From Cereibacter sphaeroides 2.4.1 (lineage in GTDB: Bacteria > Pseudomonadota > Alphaproteobacteria > Rhodobacterales > Rhodobacteraceae): 32,000 nucleotides of DNA. Made by a program: the position numbers and the translations under genes. The stretch covers positions 1,170,001 through 1,202,000 of the forward strand of contig NC_007493.2 of the NCBI RefSeq assembly GCF_000012905.2, written 5' to 3'. This document shows, piece by piece, positions 28,810-32,000 of this stretch (its first letter is position 1; each line of letters starts with the position of its first letter). The notes under the pieces were generated by a model that saw only the letters and a list, made by a program, of their open reading frames with translations, did not search any database and was not told the origin of the DNA.

Positions 28810-29076
28810 ATGACCGTGAGCATCAGGGCGGCCGAAGGCTGCGTTCCCTGCGCGTTCGGCGATGGCATCGCCATCTTCGACACGAGCAGCAACTCCTATT
28901 TCAGCATGAACGCCGTGGGCGAGTTCGTGTGGTCGCAACTCGACCAGCCGATCACGCTCGAGGATCTGGTCGGGCGCGTGGCCGACCGTTACCGGATCGA
29001 ACCGACGGTCTGCGAGGGCGACATCCGCAAGCTGGTGGATGATCTCGCGGCGCACCGGCTCGTGACCCTGTCCTGA
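28810..29076 (+). CDS. Lasso peptide biosynthesis protein B1 (PqqD-family RiPP recognition element)
   Basis: 88 aa with a PqqD-like pattern: IAIFDTSSNSYFSMNAVGEFVWSQLDQPITLEDLVGRVADRYRIEPTVCEGDIRKLVDDLAAHRLV. The GTG at 28816 is an alternative start. Confidence 0.85.
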   Translation: MTVSIRAAEGCVPCAFGDGIAIFDTSSNSYFSMNAVGEFVWSQLDQPITLEDLVGRVADRYRIEPTVCEGDIRKLVDDLAAHRLVTLS

Positions 29077-29086
29077 CGGAGGCTCC

Positions 29087-29560
29087 ATGCGTCGACTGCG
29101 CCGCATCCTCTCGCTCCGGCCGGCCGAGGCATGGGCCTTGTGTCAGGCGCTGGTGACGGTGGCCGCGGTCCGCCTCGCCATTGCCCGGCGGCGGACGGAC
29201 GAGGTGCGGGCCGCAACGGCGGCGCTCGGGGCCGAACGTCAGGCGCCCCAGTCCGACCTGCGGGTCGTGGCCTGGAGCGTGACGGCGGCGGCGCGGCTGA
29301 TCCCCGGCGCCACCTGTCTCACGCAGGCGCTGGCCGGGCAGAGGATCCTCGCCCGCAAGGGCTATGCCTCGACGGTGCGGCTGTCCCTGCCGGCGGGACG
29401 CGACAGCGACTTCCGCCCCCATGCTTGGCTGCTGGCCGGCAATGTCATCGCGCTCGGCGGCACGGCGACGGATTATCGCCATCACCGCGCGCTTCTGGAT
29501 TATGAAAGCTCGGGCCGGGCCGATCCGGTTTCCGAACCTGCGACGGGAGCCGGGCAATGA
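29087..29560 (+). CDS. Lasso peptide biosynthesis protein B2 (transglutaminase-fold cysteine leader peptidase)
   Basis: 157 aa with the catalytic-Cys context GATCLTQALAGQRILARKG and the His context FRPHAWLLAGNVIAL typical of lasso B2 proteins (PF13471-like). The stop overlaps the C start as ATGA. Confidence 0.85.
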   Translation: MRRLRRILSLRPAEAWALCQALVTVAAVRLAIARRRTDEVRAATAALGAERQAPQSDLRVVAWSVTAAARLIPGATCLTQALAGQRILARKGYASTVRLSLPAGRDSDFRPHAWLLAGNVIALGGTATDYRHHRALLDYESSGRADPVSEPATGAGQ

Positions 29561-31437
29561 GCGCGCTTGCAGCCTTCGTCACGCTGGGCGGAGATCCGGG
29601 CGAGGCCCAGAGCCGCGTCCTGTCGATGCTGTCCGCCATGCCCACGCGCGGCACGGAGCTCCGGGTGCGCGCGCTGACCGCGGGCGTGGCGCTGGGGCAC
29701 GGGCGGCCCGCGGGGCGCGGCGGCCTCGGGCCCTGGCGGTTGCGGCCGGGCGGCCCGGTCCTGACCGGCACCGTGCGGCTCGACAACGGTCCCGAGCTGC
29801 GCCGCGCGCTGGGGCTGGCCGAGGCCTCCGACGCCGAGACGGTGCTCGCGGTCTATGACCGCTGGGGGCTCGATCTGCCGCTCCATCTCGACGGCGACTT
29901 CGCGCTGGCCCTGTGGGATCCTGTGGCCGCGCGCCTCATCGGGCTGCGCGACCGGTTCGGCGTCCGCCCGTTCCTCTACCGCGCGACGCCGCAGGCGGTG
30001 GCGGTTGCCTCCGGCATCGAGGCGCTGGTGGCGGCCTTTCCCGCCTGCGAGCCCGCCCTCGACGAGGTCTGGATCGCGGAATATCTATCTGGCCAGCCCA
30101 CCTGTGCCCGCCGGACCGTCTATCGCGGCATCTCCCGGCTCGAGCCCGCCCACATGCTGCTGGTCGAGAAGGGCCGGACCGAGGTCCGTCGCTACTGGCA
30201 GCTGGAGGTGGCGCCGCGGCGCCGCGCCGATCCGCCCGAAGCGCTGCTCGAACTGCTCGACCGCTCCGTGACGGCGCGGATGCAGGGCGGCCCGGTGGGC
30301 TCGATGCTGAGCGGAGGGCTCGATTCCGGCACGGTCTCGATGCTGGCTTCACGCCGGTCGGAGGGGCCGCTGCCGGTCATCTCGATGAAGTTCGACGATC
30401 ATCCGGAGATCGACGAGAGCGAGTGGATCGCGAAGATCCATGCTGCCGGCCGGTTCCGTCCGGTCTGGATCGACGGTCGTGACGCCCATGGTGGCGATGT
30501 GGCCGAGCTGCTGGCCGAGCAGGGGGGGCCCTTCTTCGCGCCCAATCTGGCCACCTCGCGCTGGCTCTACCGGCGCGCGGCGGAGGCCGGCGTCGAGATT
30601 CTGCTCGACGGCCATGGCGGCGACGAGGTGATCTCCTTCGGCGTGGCCCGGCTGACCGAACTGGCCTCCGAGGCCCAATGGCGGACCCTCTGGCAGTCGA
30701 CGGCCGCCGTGTCGGACCTGTTCGGCGGATCGCGGCGGGAGTTCTTCCTGAATTCGATGGCGCAGGGCGCGCAGTCCCGCTGGCTGCGCGCCATGGCGCG
30801 GCGGCTGAATGTGGGCGCAAAGCGCGATCCCCGGGCGTGGCGGCAGGCGCTCCATCCGGCGCTGGTGGCGCGGACGGGCCTCGTCCAGCGCGTGCAGGAG
30901 GCGGCCGGCGCGCGCAAGCGGGGGGCCACCGACGACATCCGCCAGCATGTGGCGACCCTGACCGCCCCGCGCTATCCGACCACGCTCGAAGTGCTCGACC
31001 GCGCAGCCACGCTCTGCGGGATCGAGCCGCGCTATCCGTTCCTCGAGCGGCGGCTGATCGAACATTGCGTGGCCCAGCCCGCCGCGGCGAAGTTCCACGA
31101 TGGCATGACACGCGCCCTCCTGCGCGATGCGGTGCGGGGGCTTCTGCCCGACGAGGTGCGGCTGCGCACCAGCAAGACCAATTTCACCCCCAACGTCCGC
31201 GCGCGCATGCTGACGAGCTGGGGCGACAATCTCAACCGGATCGCCGGCTGCAATCCCGGCCGGATCGGCGACTATGTCGATCTGGCCGTCATCCGCGAGG
31301 GCATCCAGCGGCTGCGGGCGGGCGAGCCCGACCAGCCGGCCCTCCTCCAGACCATGCGGGCGGTCGTGCTCGACGAATGGCTGCGCGGCGGATCGTCCGC
31401 GCTGGCCCCCCGCCTCGACAGAAGGACCCCCGCATGA
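29557..31437 (+). CDS. Lasso peptide cyclase C (asparagine synthetase-like, ATP-dependent macrolactam synthetase)
   Basis: 626 aa with an AsnB-like fold and the PP-loop SMLSGGLDSGTVS. The N-terminal nucleophile Cys2 is absent (the protein starts MSAL), as in lasso cyclases. It lies in the A-B1-B2-C context. Confidence 0.88.
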   Translation: MSALAAFVTLGGDPGEAQSRVLSMLSAMPTRGTELRVRALTAGVALGHGRPAGRGGLGPWRLRPGGPVLTGTVRLDNGPELRRALGLAEASDAETVLAVYDRWGLDLPLHLDGDFALALWDPVAARLIGLRDRFGVRPFLYRATPQAVAVASGIEALVAAFPACEPALDEVWIAEYLSGQPTCARRTVYRGISRLEPAHMLLVEKGRTEVRRYWQLEVAPRRRADPPEALLELLDRSVTARMQGGPVGSMLSGGLDSGTVSMLASRRSEGPLPVISMKFDDHPEIDESEWIAKIHAAGRFRPVWIDGRDAHGGDVAELLAEQGGPFFAPNLATSRWLYRRAAEAGVEILLDGHGGDEVISFGVARLTELASEAQWRTLWQSTAAVSDLFGGSRREFFLNSMAQGAQSRWLRAMARRLNVGAKRDPRAWRQALHPALVARTGLVQRVQEAAGARKRGATDDIRQHVATLTAPRYPTTLEVLDRAATLCGIEPRYPFLERRLIEHCVAQPAAAKFHDGMTRALLRDAVRGLLPDEVRLRTSKTNFTPNVRARMLTSWGDNLNRIAGCNPGRIGDYVDLAVIREGIQRLRAGEPDQPALLQTMRAVVLDEWLRGGSSALAPRLDRRTPA

Positions 31438-32000
31438 GTGCCCTCCAGTCGCTCCGCCCCGCACTGCGCACCGCCTACGGCTTGGCCGTTCGGTCGGACA
31501 TCGACCTGCCCGAACTCGAGCCCCTGCCGGGCGACGGGGCTGCGGATCTGACCGTGCGCCGCGGCGCGCTTCCGGAGTTGCCGGGCGAGGGAGGCTTCCG
31601 CACGCGCTTCGCGCCCGAGCGGGCCGAGCTCTGGTGGCAGACGGTCGGCACCTTCCGTGTCGAGCCGGGCCTCGTGACGGCAAGCCCCCATGCCGGCGTC
31701 TCCGAGGATCTGGTGGCCTATCCGCTTCTGGGCTCGGTGCTGGCGCTGGCGCTGGAGCAGCTCGGCCTCTTCACGATCCATGCGAGCGCCGTCTCGGTCG
31801 GCGGCCATGGCGTGGTGATGATGGGCGACAAGGGCGCCGGCAAATCCACCACCGCCACGGCGATGATCCGGGCGGGCCATCCGCTGATTGCCGACGATAT
31901 CGTGGCGGTGGACGAGGGGTTCCGGCTGCGCCCCGGCTTCCCGCAGGTGAAGCTCTCGCCCGCGGCGGCGGCGGCCTTCGACGCGCCCGATGCGGTCCAC
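31434..32000 (+). CDS. HPr-kinase-like serine kinase (lasso peptide kinase candidate), 3'-truncated by the window edge
   Basis: This ORF is not in the supplied track because it is open at the window end. The ATG at 31434 overlaps the C stop as ATGA. My translation is MSALQSLRPALRTAYGLAV...LGLFTIHASAVSVGGHGVVMMGDKGAGKSTTATAMIRAGHPLIADDIVAVDEG. HASAV followed by a GxxGxGKST P-loop and then ADD is the HprK C-terminal-domain pattern. Confidence 0.75.
   Translation, partial: MSALQSLRPALRTAYGLAVRSDIDLPELEPLPGDGAADLTVRRGALPELPGEGGFRTRFAPERAELWWQTVGTFRVEPGLVTASPHAGVSEDLVAYPLLGSVLALALEQLGLFTIHASAVSVGGHGVVMMGDKGAGKSTTATAMIRAGHPLIADDIVAVDEGFRLRPGFPQVKLSPAAAAAFDAPDAVH

Noticed and set aside
19425-32000. 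Mobile-element hallmarks (integrase, transposase, tRNA anchor, flanking direct repeats) at the borders of the EPS and lasso accessory block.
   Set aside because: None were found within the window. The accessory status rests only on gene content and local composition, so no mobile element is called.

Overview
This is a GC-rich chromosomal segment. Gene content and synteny look alphaproteobacterial and Rhodobacteraceae-like; that placement is inferred from protein motifs and gene order, not from a search. Positions 1-19.4 kb are housekeeping core: the end of the complex I operon (nuoL partial, nuoM, nuoN), birA, coaX, RNase J, a small lipoprotein, a DEAD-box helicase, prfC, an SDR, an orphan ABC ATPase, tatABC plus a coupled DUF815-type ATPase, and the surE-pcm-nlpD-like cluster. 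After a roughly 780-nt gene-poor gap that ends in a visibly AT-richer stretch, an accessory region begins. It first carries a succinoglycan-like exopolysaccharide module (19.8-27.1 kb): exoY-like priming transferase, exoF-like exporter, Wzy/O-antigen-ligase-family protein, exoK-like GH16 glycanase and two GT2 glycosyltransferases. The main item follows at 27.1 kb to the window end: a lasso-peptide (RiPP) biosynthetic locus. It has a 50-codon precursor whose leader matches the YxxPxLx3Gx5Tx recognition motif exactly, a split B1 (PqqD-like) and B2 (transglutaminase-fold protease), an Asn-synthetase-like cyclase, and an HPr-kinase-like kinase cut by the window end. A divergent operon encodes an NTP_transf_5-type nucleotidyltransferase translationally coupled to a GT2. 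The predicted core is GATDGWALDASFPVDTPKGDLTFS, with a Gly1-Asp9 ring and a C-terminal Ser that is a likely phosphorylation site. Also notable is an intergenic array at 8.09-8.47 kb with a period of about 113 nt and three copies of a conserved 23-nt core. Most long ORFs in the six-frame track that lie antisense to, or out of frame with, these genes are GC-driven shadow ORFs.
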